DNA of 64,000 bases, from NCBI GenBank assembly GCA_964646605.1, contig CAZYEX010000053.1, positions 14,929 through 78,928 on the forward strand, read 5' to 3'. Positions 9,370 to 17,614 of the stretch are shown one piece after another (the first letter of the stretch is position 1; each line of letters begins with the position of its first letter). Made by a program: the position numbers and the translations under genes. Below the pieces are notes generated by a model. That model was not told the origin of the DNA, did not search any database, and worked only from the letters and a program-made list of their open reading frames with translations. The DNA is from an uncultured Phycisphaera sp. (GTDB taxonomy: Bacteria > Planctomycetota > Phycisphaerae > UBA1845).

Positions 9370-11172
9370 TTATTTCGTCTCCTTGCTAGCCGCTTCGAGT
9401 TCCGCGACGCGAGTCTTCATGGCCTTCATCATCATTTCCAGGACCGGTTTTTGTGGATCGGGCACTTGGCCTGAGGCCAGCATCTGCTCCATTTGCTGCA
9501 AGCTTGTCTGCAGCTTGGCGAGGTCCTTGGATTCCTTGATTTTGGAAAGTTGTTGCTTGATGGCGCCCTGGACTTCGGCGGGAACGCCGGCGAGGGCCGC
9601 GGTCAACTCAGGGTCCTCGCTTTCCTTGGAGGCGCTCGCCTTGGTGCGATAGATGGCTACGGTGCGGGTCTTGTGGTCGAAGTAGGTCTTGAGGATGCGC
9701 TTCACGTCGTCGGCGGTGACCTTGAGCATCCGCTCCGGCGATTCGTTCAGGTAGCTCCAGTCATACCAGAGGTCGTAGACGGCGAGTTGGAACATCAGGC
9801 CGGTGTTGTTTCGCAAACGCTGGATGGATTGGGCGAGGACCTGGTTCTTCACCTTTTCCAATTCGTAGGCGGTGATTTCGCCGTCACGAAGCTTGTCGAT
9901 CTCTTCGAGGATCATCTTCTCGACCGCTTCGGGTTCCTTGCCCTCTTTCACCGTGGCGTTGATTTCGAAGTAGCCGGCGTATTTGCGGGAGGCGTTGTTG
10001 GCGGAGGGCTGTCCGAGGACCGCCTCCTCCTGGGTGAACAGTCTCTTGTAGAGTCGGCCGGTTTTGCCGGAGAGAAGCTGGCCGGCGACATCGAGGGCGG
10101 CGTCGTCGCTATGGCCCATGGCCACGCCGTGGTAGCGGATGCTGAGCTGCGGGTTGGTCTCCGCCTCACCGAGAAAGCGTCGCTCGGCCAGGGGCTTGGG
10201 TTCTTCGGTGATGATCGGCGCGGGTGGGATGGTCCCTTTGGGAATCCGTCCGAAATAACGCTTGGCTTGCTCCACAACCTTGTCGGAGTCGAAGTCCCCG
10301 ACCAGAACCACTTTGGCGTTGTTGGGGGCGTAGTAGATCTTGTAGAAATCACGCACGTCCTGGGCGGTGATGGATTCGACCTCGGACGCCCAACCGAGGA
10401 CGGGCACGCCGTAGGGGTGGGATTGCCAAAAGAGGGCCTCGAAGGCCTCGTCGAGCCTTCCCGTGGGCGTGCTCTCGGTTCGCAGGCGGCGCTCCTCGCG
10501 GACGTTGTCGCGCTCCACGTAGAACTCGCGCATGATGCCGTTGGCCATTCGGTCGGACTCCAGCCAGAAGAAGAGCTCGATCTTGTTGGCGGGAATCTCG
10601 ACGAAGTAGATGGTGAAGTCCTCGGAGGTTCCGGCGTTCAGGCCGGCGCCCCCGTTGGTGGTGTAGAGATTGAACAACTCGTTGTTCTTGATGAACGGGC
10701 GGTGCTTCTCGACGAGTTCGTCGAAGCGTTTCTTCATGGCGATGTACTCGGGCGTCCACTGCGCGGGGTCGAGGACATCGCTGATCTTGCCGTGGCGTTT
10801 CATCTCCCGCATGCGGTTCATCTCGTCGTTCATCTGCACGCGGAGCTTTTCCTCGTCGTCGATGATCTTTTTCTCGCCCTCGAAGTCCGTGGTGCCGACG
10901 ATGGTCGAGCCTTTGAAGAGCATGTGCTCGAAGAGGTGGGCGATGCCGCTTTGCCCGCGGGGGTCGTTGACCGACCCCACGTCGTAGGCGACGCAGCAGG
11001 CGACGGTCGGGGCCTCATGACGCTCGACCAGCAACAGCTCCAACCCGTTGTCGAGTTTTTCGACTCTGGGCTGGACGCCCTTGGCGTAGGCCGGGCGGTC
11101 GTACCCCTGGAATGCCAGCCCGAGCGCGGTTGCCGCCAGAAAAACAAGTTTGTCCCGTCGATACCGTCCCAT
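9370..11172 (-). CDS. M16 (pitrilysin-family) zinc peptidase, catalytic subunit
   Basis: LDNGLELLL, GIAHLFEHMLFKG (HxxEH), LNAGTSEDFTIYF, ERDNVREERR; ATG11172 precedes the signal peptide. Confidence 0.93.
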   Translation of the reverse strand: MGRYRRDKLVFLAATALGLAFQGYDRPAYAKGVQPRVEKLDNGLELLLVERHEAPTVACCVAYDVGSVNDPRGQSGIAHLFEHMLFKGSTIVGTTDFEGEKKIIDDEEKLRVQMNDEMNRMREMKRHGKISDVLDPAQWTPEYIAMKKRFDELVEKHRPFIKNNELFNLYTTNGGAGLNAGTSEDFTIYFVEIPANKIELFFWLESDRMANGIMREFYVERDNVREERRLRTESTPTGRLDEAFEALFWQSHPYGVPVLGWASEVESITAQDVRDFYKIYYAPNNAKVVLVGDFDSDKVVEQAKRYFGRIPKGTIPPAPIITEEPKPLAERRFLGEAETNPQLSIRYHGVAMGHSDDAALDVAGQLLSGKTGRLYKRLFTQEEAVLGQPSANNASRKYAGYFEINATVKEGKEPEAVEKMILEEIDKLRDGEITAYELEKVKNQVLAQSIQRLRNNTGLMFQLAVYDLWYDWSYLNESPERMLKVTADDVKRILKTYFDHKTRTVAIYRTKASASKESEDPELTAALAGVPAEVQGAIKQQLSKIKESKDLAKLQTSLQQMEQMLASGQVPDPQKPVLEMMMKAMKTRVAELEAASKETK

Positions 11173-11313
11173 GCGTAGTCTCCTCGGCGTTGGTCTCTCT
11201 CGACCGTCGCGGTCGAAAAGGGGGATATTAAGGCACCCCCGCCCAGACGGCAAACGTGTGATTTTGTGTCCCTTTTCCGGTCGCCCGGTCGTCCAGGACC
11301 GACGGACAAACGG

Positions 11314-11341
11314 TTGACCCGTATCCTCCCCGGGTGACAAT
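11314..11341 (+). promoter_or_regulatory. Possible sigma70 promoter of the PhoD-family gene
   Basis: TTGACC-N16-GACAAT. Confidence 0.3.
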
Positions 11342-11400
11342 CTCCGGCCATCCGCTCGGATTCGGGCGGAACCGTCCGTTCTTTTTGGAAAGGCTCGTTT

Positions 11401-12990
11401 ATGTCCACGCTCGCAGGTCCGTTCCTGAAGTTCGTCCGTTGCTCAAATAACGAGTGGGTCGTCTCGGCGATCTTGGTCGCCGACAGTGACAAGCCCCCTG
11501 TCCTTTCGTGGTCCGTGGTTTCCTCTAACACCAAAAACACCCCGCCCAAACCCCGAGACATCTTTCGCAACGGACCGAACGCCGTCGTTTGGCGCTACCA
11601 ATGGTCGGTTCCCTTGCAGCCGCGGGAACAAACGGTCGAGTACACGATCGACAAGCAGGTGCGTCGCTTCGTCGTTCCCGCGGAGGGCAAGCGGCTGCGC
11701 CTGGGCTACGCCTCGTGCAACGGGTTCCATTCGCTCAACGACATGAAGAGCGTTGTGCCCAACGCCATGTGGGGAGTGCTGCCCGCCGGCCCCGTCCCCA
11801 TCCGCAAGGACAAAGCCGGGCCGATCTTCACTGTCCTACACCAGCACCTTGATGAACCCATTCACTTGCTCCTGATGGGCGGCGATCAAGTCTACGCGGA
11901 CTCGATCTGGCTCGCGGTGCCCGCGATTCGCGAGTGGGTGGAGGGCGATGACAAGTGGACTGCAAAGTTCACCCGGAAGATGGAAACCGAGGTCAAGCAG
12001 TTCTATTTCAACCTCTACGCTTCACGTTGGTCGAAGCCCGGTCCCGCCGACGCCTTTGCGTCGATCCCGACGCTCATGATGTGGGACGACCATGACATCT
12101 TCGACGGCTGGGGTTCGTACGATGACGACATCCAGCAATCCGACGTCTACCAAGGTATTTTCCGCGGTGCGCGAGAGTGTTTCGAGGTCTTTCAGCTTCA
12201 CCGGCGACCGGGCGACGCGGGCGGCGCGGACGAGGGACTCATCGAGGAACTTGGTCGCAACCCGCTACGACGGAACCTCACATCCTGCCACCGAATCAAC
12301 GATGTCGCGATCGTAGCACTGGATACCCGGTCGAACCGCGCGACGAATACGATCCTCCCGCAATCCACATGGAAGGCCGTTTTCGATTGGATGGATGCCG
12401 AGCAGGGTTGCAAGCACTTGTTCTTGATGGCCAGCATCCCTGTCGTGTATCCGAAGTATCCAGCGTTCATCGAGGGTTTCATGGGACTCTGGCCCGGACA
12501 AGCGACCGGACATCTCGATTCCCTCGAGGACGACCTTCGAGACCATTGGCGAAGCGGGCAGCACACCGGTGAGCGTCTGCGCTTGATTCACCGCCTGTTG
12601 AGGTTCGCCCGCGACAACCATTGCCGCGTTACCATCCTTTCCGGCGACGTGCATCTGGCGGCGCTGGGATTGTTGAGTTCAACGCGCGAGACCGCGAAGT
12701 TCCCCAATACCCAAACGATCACCCAACTGATCTCTTCGCCGATCGCCAATCTTCCGCAACCGCGAAGCGGGCAACTCGCCCTACAGGCGATCATCGGGAA
12801 CCCGGACGCCGTCGACCGCGGGATCACCGCCGCCATGGACAATTTTCCAGACACGGAAATAAAGGTTGTCGCCGCTCGGAACTGGCTCTGTCTGGACATC
12901 GAAAAGGATCGACGGATCTGGGCCAAGTGGTGGGTGGAAGATCGGCTGACGCCGCTATGGAAAGTCATCCACGCGCCCGGGCCATCTTGA
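11401..12990 (+). CDS. Alkaline phosphatase D (PhoD)-family metallophosphatase, no obvious signal peptide
   Basis: SCNG, GGDQVYAD, MMWDDHDIFDGWGS, LDTRS, LSGDVH motifs. Confidence 0.85.
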   Translation: MSTLAGPFLKFVRCSNNEWVVSAILVADSDKPPVLSWSVVSSNTKNTPPKPRDIFRNGPNAVVWRYQWSVPLQPREQTVEYTIDKQVRRFVVPAEGKRLRLGYASCNGFHSLNDMKSVVPNAMWGVLPAGPVPIRKDKAGPIFTVLHQHLDEPIHLLLMGGDQVYADSIWLAVPAIREWVEGDDKWTAKFTRKMETEVKQFYFNLYASRWSKPGPADAFASIPTLMMWDDHDIFDGWGSYDDDIQQSDVYQGIFRGARECFEVFQLHRRPGDAGGADEGLIEELGRNPLRRNLTSCHRINDVAIVALDTRSNRATNTILPQSTWKAVFDWMDAEQGCKHLFLMASIPVVYPKYPAFIEGFMGLWPGQATGHLDSLEDDLRDHWRSGQHTGERLRLIHRLLRFARDNHCRVTILSGDVHLAALGLLSSTRETAKFPNTQTITQLISSPIANLPQPRSGQLALQAIIGNPDAVDRGITAAMDNFPDTEIKVVAARNWLCLDIEKDRRIWAKWWVEDRLTPLWKVIHAPGPS

Positions 12991-13021
12991 GGACGCGCCG
13001 TCGTGCGAAGAACCGGGCGGG

Positions 13022-13165
13022 TCAACGCTTTCCCTTCGTTGGGCACCCTCCGTTCTCAACGCGGATGGTCGCGACGAGGAGAAGATCCACGAGCTTGAAG
13101 CCGCCGCCGGGTGCGGCCACGACAGGTGTGGCGTTGGGTCCTGCACAGGATCGCTTTTTTTCCAA
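13022..13165 (-). pseudogene. Degenerate remnant of a prepilin-type leader
   Basis: TTG13165 frame: LEKKRSCAGPNATPVVAAPGGGFKLVDLLLVATIRVENGGCPTKGKR*, resembling GFTLVELLVVxAII and then stopping. Confidence 0.35.
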
Positions 13166-13172
13166 CGGGCCG

Positions 13173-13501
13173 TCAGGGAAGTACAAATTGCAGGGCCTGG
13201 CGGAGTTCGGCGTTACGGTTGGGCGGATAGGCGTGGCCGACGCCGGGGTAGATTTTCAAGAGCACGGGGGGCGGACGGCTTCGAGCCTCCGTGCCGCGTC
13301 GCGGTTGTTTTCGGCCTCCTCGTCTTGGTCGCGGTTGAGGATGGCGAAGCGAGGGAGTTCGGTCGTGGGTCGCTCCGGAACGGCGGCCACGCGGTGATCG
13401 TAGAACCCCGCAATGGGGATGGCGGCGGCGAGAGTTCCGTAGGCGACAACGACAATGAAGACGAGCCGACACTTCATCCGCAACCACGAACGTTCTTTCA
13501 T
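13173..13501 (-). pseudogene. Internally deleted, frameshifted alpha/beta-hydrolase (esterase) remnant
   Basis: MKERSWLRMKCRLVFIVVVA + LAAAIPIAGFY...PRFAILNRDQD...RRLEA; frame change at the G6 run 13266-13271 into VLLKIYPGVGHAYP...ALQFVLP; no GxSxG. Confidence 0.55.
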
Positions 13502-13770
13502 GGATGGTTCTCCAGGAAACCGACGACCGTCAGGCGGGACCGCTCGTCTCTCTTTGCCCACGGATTTTGCGCGAGGAATTGAATCTCCGGTCCGTGACTC
13601 CCCGGCCACGCCCGCGCCTACTCTGAAGCCGCACTTCACGATTAGATCGCGCGGTCGATCTGTGTTTTTTTCGTGCGGGGGCGAATCGGATCTGTTAGGC
13701 TGTCGTCTTATCGGAAACGTCTGGGTGCGGGTCGAAGGCAGCTTCTCTAACCACGAAACTGAGGAAAGCC

Positions 13771-14847
13771 ATGACAAAGAAGCTAACGAGAGGCATGTTT
13801 CCGTGGACCCTGCTGGGGATTGCGGTGTGCTGGAACCGGGCGATTGTGCAAGCCGCGCCGTTCTGTGACCCCAACAAGGTCGCCAACCGAAGTCTGAACT
13901 GTGAGGTGCTTCCTCTTACGTCCGCGACGGGGGACGTCGCGCAGACGGCCCTGCGGGTGTTAATGATCGATTTGCAGAACCCCCAGCCTCCCAATGCGGT
14001 GTGCTGCCCGCCGCAGGACTTCAGCGCTTTCGAAGTGGGTACTTGCACGGCGGCGGGAGAATCGGCCGGGTGTGGTAGGTGGGTCGGTCCGCCACAGATG
14101 TTCTTGGAGAAGCAAGACAAACGTGCGAAGGGCGGCTATTTTGCCTCTCGTTTGCAGTGTACGCCCTATTACCACGACTGGACGCTGATCGGTGGGTTCA
14201 GTATTTTCGGGGCGGAGATCGTGCCCAGCTCGGCGTACGAACTTGTGGCCTACGCGTCATCCTGTAAGGGAGTGGAGCCGACCTGTACGGATGTTTCGAC
14301 CCCGGTCACGACGGTCACCCGCCGCTGGGGCGACGTCGCGGCGGCCTTTAACCCGCCCAGCATCACGACCCAGCCGGATGCGATCGATGTCACCGTGATG
14401 GGACAGAAGTTCACCAACCAGCCCGGTTCGCCCCCCAACGCCTTGACGAAAGTCCGAGGCACGGTCCCCGATCTCTTTCTTGACGTCGACGCGCTGGACG
14501 TCAACGACGTGAACGATGCGTTTAACGGCGTGGCCTTCCCCTATAGCGGCCCATGTGTGTGCCCGCCGACTGTCTCGTGCGGGGCGGTGACTTGTACCTC
14601 TCCGGTGCAATGTACGGCGTTCGGACCTGGGGCGACGTGCGTGAGGACCTGTGTCGGCGGACCAAACAGCGGGCTGCAATGCAAGGCGGACAAACATTGC
14701 AATCTTTGCCCGGGCGGCTCGCCGTTTGCGGGGTTGTTCTGCGACCCGACCGTGGCAGACGACTGCGGTGGCCCGGGATTCAACTGTCCGTCACAAGGCG
14801 CATGCGGTCCGGGGTCTTGTCGAGACCGCTGCGAGCGGTGCAATTGA
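13771..14847 (+). CDS. Secreted hypothetical protein with dockerin-like acidic repeats and Cys-rich C-terminus
   Basis: Signal peptide; RWGDVAAAFNPP...PDAIDV and DVDALDVNDVNDAFNG; dense Cys tail (CVGGPNSGLQC...). Confidence 0.7.
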   Translation: MTKKLTRGMFPWTLLGIAVCWNRAIVQAAPFCDPNKVANRSLNCEVLPLTSATGDVAQTALRVLMIDLQNPQPPNAVCCPPQDFSAFEVGTCTAAGESAGCGRWVGPPQMFLEKQDKRAKGGYFASRLQCTPYYHDWTLIGGFSIFGAEIVPSSAYELVAYASSCKGVEPTCTDVSTPVTTVTRRWGDVAAAFNPPSITTQPDAIDVTVMGQKFTNQPGSPPNALTKVRGTVPDLFLDVDALDVNDVNDAFNGVAFPYSGPCVCPPTVSCGAVTCTSPVQCTAFGPGATCVRTCVGGPNSGLQCKADKHCNLCPGGSPFAGLFCDPTVADDCGGPGFNCPSQGACGPGSCRDRCERCN

Positions 14848-14952
14848 CGCACTTCGCCACTTGCGGCTCCTGCCCGTGTAGGTTCTCATGCATCCTGGTT
14901 GGGCCTGGGTTTGTGGTACGGAAGGCCCTTGAAACGAGCGGTGTTGCGCTCC

Positions 14953-14979
14953 GCGTCACCCACGAGGGGTGACGCTACA
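14953..14979 (-). repeat. GTAG-type REP (family A)
   Basis: TGTAGCGTCACCCCTCGTGGGTGACGC; GTAG tetranucleotide plus hairpin; three more copies in the window. Confidence 0.8.
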
Positions 14980-14984
14980 TTCGA

Positions 14985-16082
14985 TTGGGTCACACGGCTT
15001 CTGGCGGAACCTCTGGGCAATACGGGGACGTAGCGGCGGTGATTCCAGAATTCGGCATCTCCAAACAAGGGACTCGCTTTTCCCTGTTTGTTTCGCTTTT
15101 CGCCGCCGCAGTGATCTTGTCCGGTTGTTCACAGTACATCGACCCGAACGTACCCGAGCCCTTGCACCCCATGACCGATCCCGAACTGGGGCGGGAATAC
15201 ATCCTTTATCGTCCGTCGAGTTACGACCGCGCTCACTCCTGGCCTCTGCTGGTGGTGTGCCACTCCGGTTTTCCCGACTCGCCCAACCGCCGGATTCGGG
15301 AATGGACGCAGCTTGCCGAGGAGTTCGGGATGATCGTGATCGCCCCGAAACTCACCTCGACCACGTCCTCGATGTCCCGCGCTTCGGCGAAGGATCCGCA
15401 GCGCCGCCGCGAGGATGAGCGTTGCATCCTTTCCGCCGTGCAGCACGCCCGGGCCGGTCACAACGTCTCCGAGGACCGCATTTTCCTCCACGGATTCGCG
15501 GGCGGGGCGGAGGCGGCGCTGTCCGCCGGGCTGAAGAACCCCGTCATTTTTCGTGCCATCAACGTGACACAACCGCGCTTTGACGCCGCCCGCGTCGCGG
15601 AGGCGGTCTCGCTCATGGACCCACACCAGCCGATCTACGTCAACTATCGCGCCGCCGACGTGATGACCGGGAAGATGGGGCGCGAATGCGCCGACTGGCT
15701 TCGTTCCCAGGGGGCCGATCTGCGGGCCGACTCCATCGGCGGACCGCAGGGCGGCGACGCCCGCCGCGCGATCGAGTTTTTCCAGGACGTCCTTCGCACC
15801 CGGCCGTGGATGCACGTCCGCGTGGCGCCAACGGAAAGCGGCAATCCGCTCGAAGTGCGTTTCCAACTGCGCAGCATCACTCCGCCGGCGCGGTTCCACT
15901 GGCGTTTCGGCGACGGCGACGAGTCGCCGGTGGCCGATCCCGTACACACTTTCGCCAAACCGGGCGCCTATCGCGTGGGCGTCACCGTCGAGTGGCCCAC
16001 GCTAGGCGAGCACACCCGCCTGGTCGATCTCGCCTTGCCGTCGGGGACGCTTCGCCCCGCCCGCGGGCCTGACCCCCGCTGA
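14985..16082 (+). CDS. Lipoprotein: PHB-depolymerase-type esterase fold plus PKD domain; nucleophile Ser replaced by Ala
   Basis: Lipobox LSGC; YILYRPSSY...WPLLVVCH; RIFLHGFAGGA; C-terminal FHWRFGDG...PVHTFAKPGAYRVGVTV (PKD); start may be GTG15039. Confidence 0.8.
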   Translation: MGHTASGGTSGQYGDVAAVIPEFGISKQGTRFSLFVSLFAAAVILSGCSQYIDPNVPEPLHPMTDPELGREYILYRPSSYDRAHSWPLLVVCHSGFPDSPNRRIREWTQLAEEFGMIVIAPKLTSTTSSMSRASAKDPQRRREDERCILSAVQHARAGHNVSEDRIFLHGFAGGAEAALSAGLKNPVIFRAINVTQPRFDAARVAEAVSLMDPHQPIYVNYRAADVMTGKMGRECADWLRSQGADLRADSIGGPQGGDARRAIEFFQDVLRTRPWMHVRVAPTESGNPLEVRFQLRSITPPARFHWRFGDGDESPVADPVHTFAKPGAYRVGVTVEWPTLGEHTRLVDLALPSGTLRPARGPDPR

Positions 16083-16209
16083 TCCGAACGCCCGCGGCCC
16101 CGCCGTGTGCCACAACATGGCATCCATCCAAGGCCGGACGAACCTTCAAACCATGGCGCCGAGACGCCTCGGGAGGTCCCATATCTCGGCAATGCCTCAA
16201 AAAAGACCG

Positions 16210-16238
16210 TTCCGAGAAGGGCCGGCGGACGGTATAAT
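16210..16238 (+). promoter_or_regulatory. Candidate sigma70 promoter of the fibre-like array
   Basis: TTCCGA-N17-TATAAT. Confidence 0.5.
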
Positions 16239-16394
16239 CCGGGTTCGTCGTGACGGAGGTTTGGGGGGAATGCGACTCCTGGAAATGACATCGGCCCTGG
16301 GTTCGGAAGGTCCCGCGCGCATCTCGAATCGGGAAAGGGACTCGATTCGAAGGGGGTGTCCACCGCTACGGGCCAAGACTCGAGGAATTGGGCG

Positions 16395-17516
16395 ATGACG
16401 AGGTTCTCATGGCGTTGGGATTGGGCGGCACCGGCGATTGTCATTTTGTCGAGCGCAGCTCGGGCCGGTACGCTCCCAAATACGACCTTCACCTACCAGG
16501 GTCAACTCAAGCAGAACGGCGTGCCGGCAAGCGGCGAATTCGATCTTCGGTTCCGGTTGATTCGCAGTCCCATCAACTCCATCGAACTGTGCGTAGACAA
16601 TGTACCCGTGGTCAACGGGCTGTTCAGCGCTTCTCTTGACTTCGGCACGTTGCTTTTCAACGGTTCGGAGCTCGATCTCGAGGTCGCGCTTCGACCCGGC
16701 GGTCCGCCCGCCGACTGTTTCCTCTTTCCGGGACCCGACTACACAACGCTGGTCCCGCGCCAGCCGGTGACTCCTGTCCCTTACGCGCTCCATGCGTCCA
16801 GCACCCCAGCGCCGTCCACCCTGGCGAACCCCGACAACGCGCGGGATACGGTGGTCACGGTGGATTCGGACGGCGAGGTCGGGATCGGCACGGAGATTCC
16901 ATTAACAAACTTGCACGTGGTCGATGGCACGGGGGTTTCGGGATCGATCCACCCCGACTCGATCGCGGCCTTTCAGCGCGACGGCAGCGCCTTCCTCTAT
17001 GTGGAAACCTCTGAATCCGGCGTCGGCGGGGTGGCGTTCGGCCACCCCGGCAAGTCGCAGGCGGCAGGAATCGTCTTCGGCGACGCAGCTACGTCCGAAG
17101 GGCTCCAGTTTCAGACCGGCGGGCTTGCGCGAATGGCGATTAGCTCCGCGGGTCGCGTCGGCATCGGCGTGACTGCTCCGACGGACAGGCTCCACCTCGG
17201 CGGAACGCCCGGAACCGACGGCATCCGATTCCCCGACGGTACGCAACAAACGACGGCCTACCGGCGGCTCAAGGCATCGGCGGTCTTCGACCCGCCGTCC
17301 GTCGCGGCCGGTGCCAGCACGACGGTCTCCATCGCGGTCGTGGGCGCGGCCGTTGGCGACGTGGCCATCTTCAATCCGCGCGTCGGCATGCCCGCGGGAC
17401 TGATCGTCGCCCAAACTCGCGTCAACACCGACGGCGTAGTCGTCACGCTGTACAACGCATCGGCAATCATCATTGACGCTCCGGGGAACACCGCGGATGT
17501 CGTCGTGCTGAAATAG
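16395..17516 (+). CDS. Secreted fibre-like protein 1 (FTYQG module, VGIG repeats, small beta-rich tip)
   Basis: Signal peptide, TFTYQGQLKQNG...NGLFSASLDFG...PRQPVTPVPYALHA, two VGIG(T/V)xxP repeats, tip FDPPSVAAG...VGAAVGD. Confidence 0.75.
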   Translation: MTRFSWRWDWAAPAIVILSSAARAGTLPNTTFTYQGQLKQNGVPASGEFDLRFRLIRSPINSIELCVDNVPVVNGLFSASLDFGTLLFNGSELDLEVALRPGGPPADCFLFPGPDYTTLVPRQPVTPVPYALHASSTPAPSTLANPDNARDTVVTVDSDGEVGIGTEIPLTNLHVVDGTGVSGSIHPDSIAAFQRDGSAFLYVETSESGVGGVAFGHPGKSQAAGIVFGDAATSEGLQFQTGGLARMAISSAGRVGIGVTAPTDRLHLGGTPGTDGIRFPDGTQQTTAYRRLKASAVFDPPSVAAGASTTVSIAVVGAAVGDVAIFNPRVGMPAGLIVAQTRVNTDGVVVTLYNASAIIIDAPGNTADVVVLK

Positions 17517-17553
17517 ATCACGCGGCAAGCGAAGCTGCGGAGGTTGCGTGATC
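17516..17553 (+). terminator. Hairpin after fibre gene 1 (weak terminator or processing site)
   Basis: GATCACGC...GCGTGATC inverted repeat, no U-tract. Confidence 0.3.
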
Positions 17554-17614
17554 GAATCGATCTGTTGAAATCAGTACGTGGAACCATGACCGAAAGGGAG
17601 GCAGGAGCAAGACC

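Noticed and set aside
9493-11178. 561-aa plus-strand ORF (likewise 23945-25489, 39420-41132, 50732-52294, 53504-54775 and many shorter track ORFs)
   Set aside because: Antisense or alternative-frame shadows of well-supported genes in high-GC DNA; no motifs of their own
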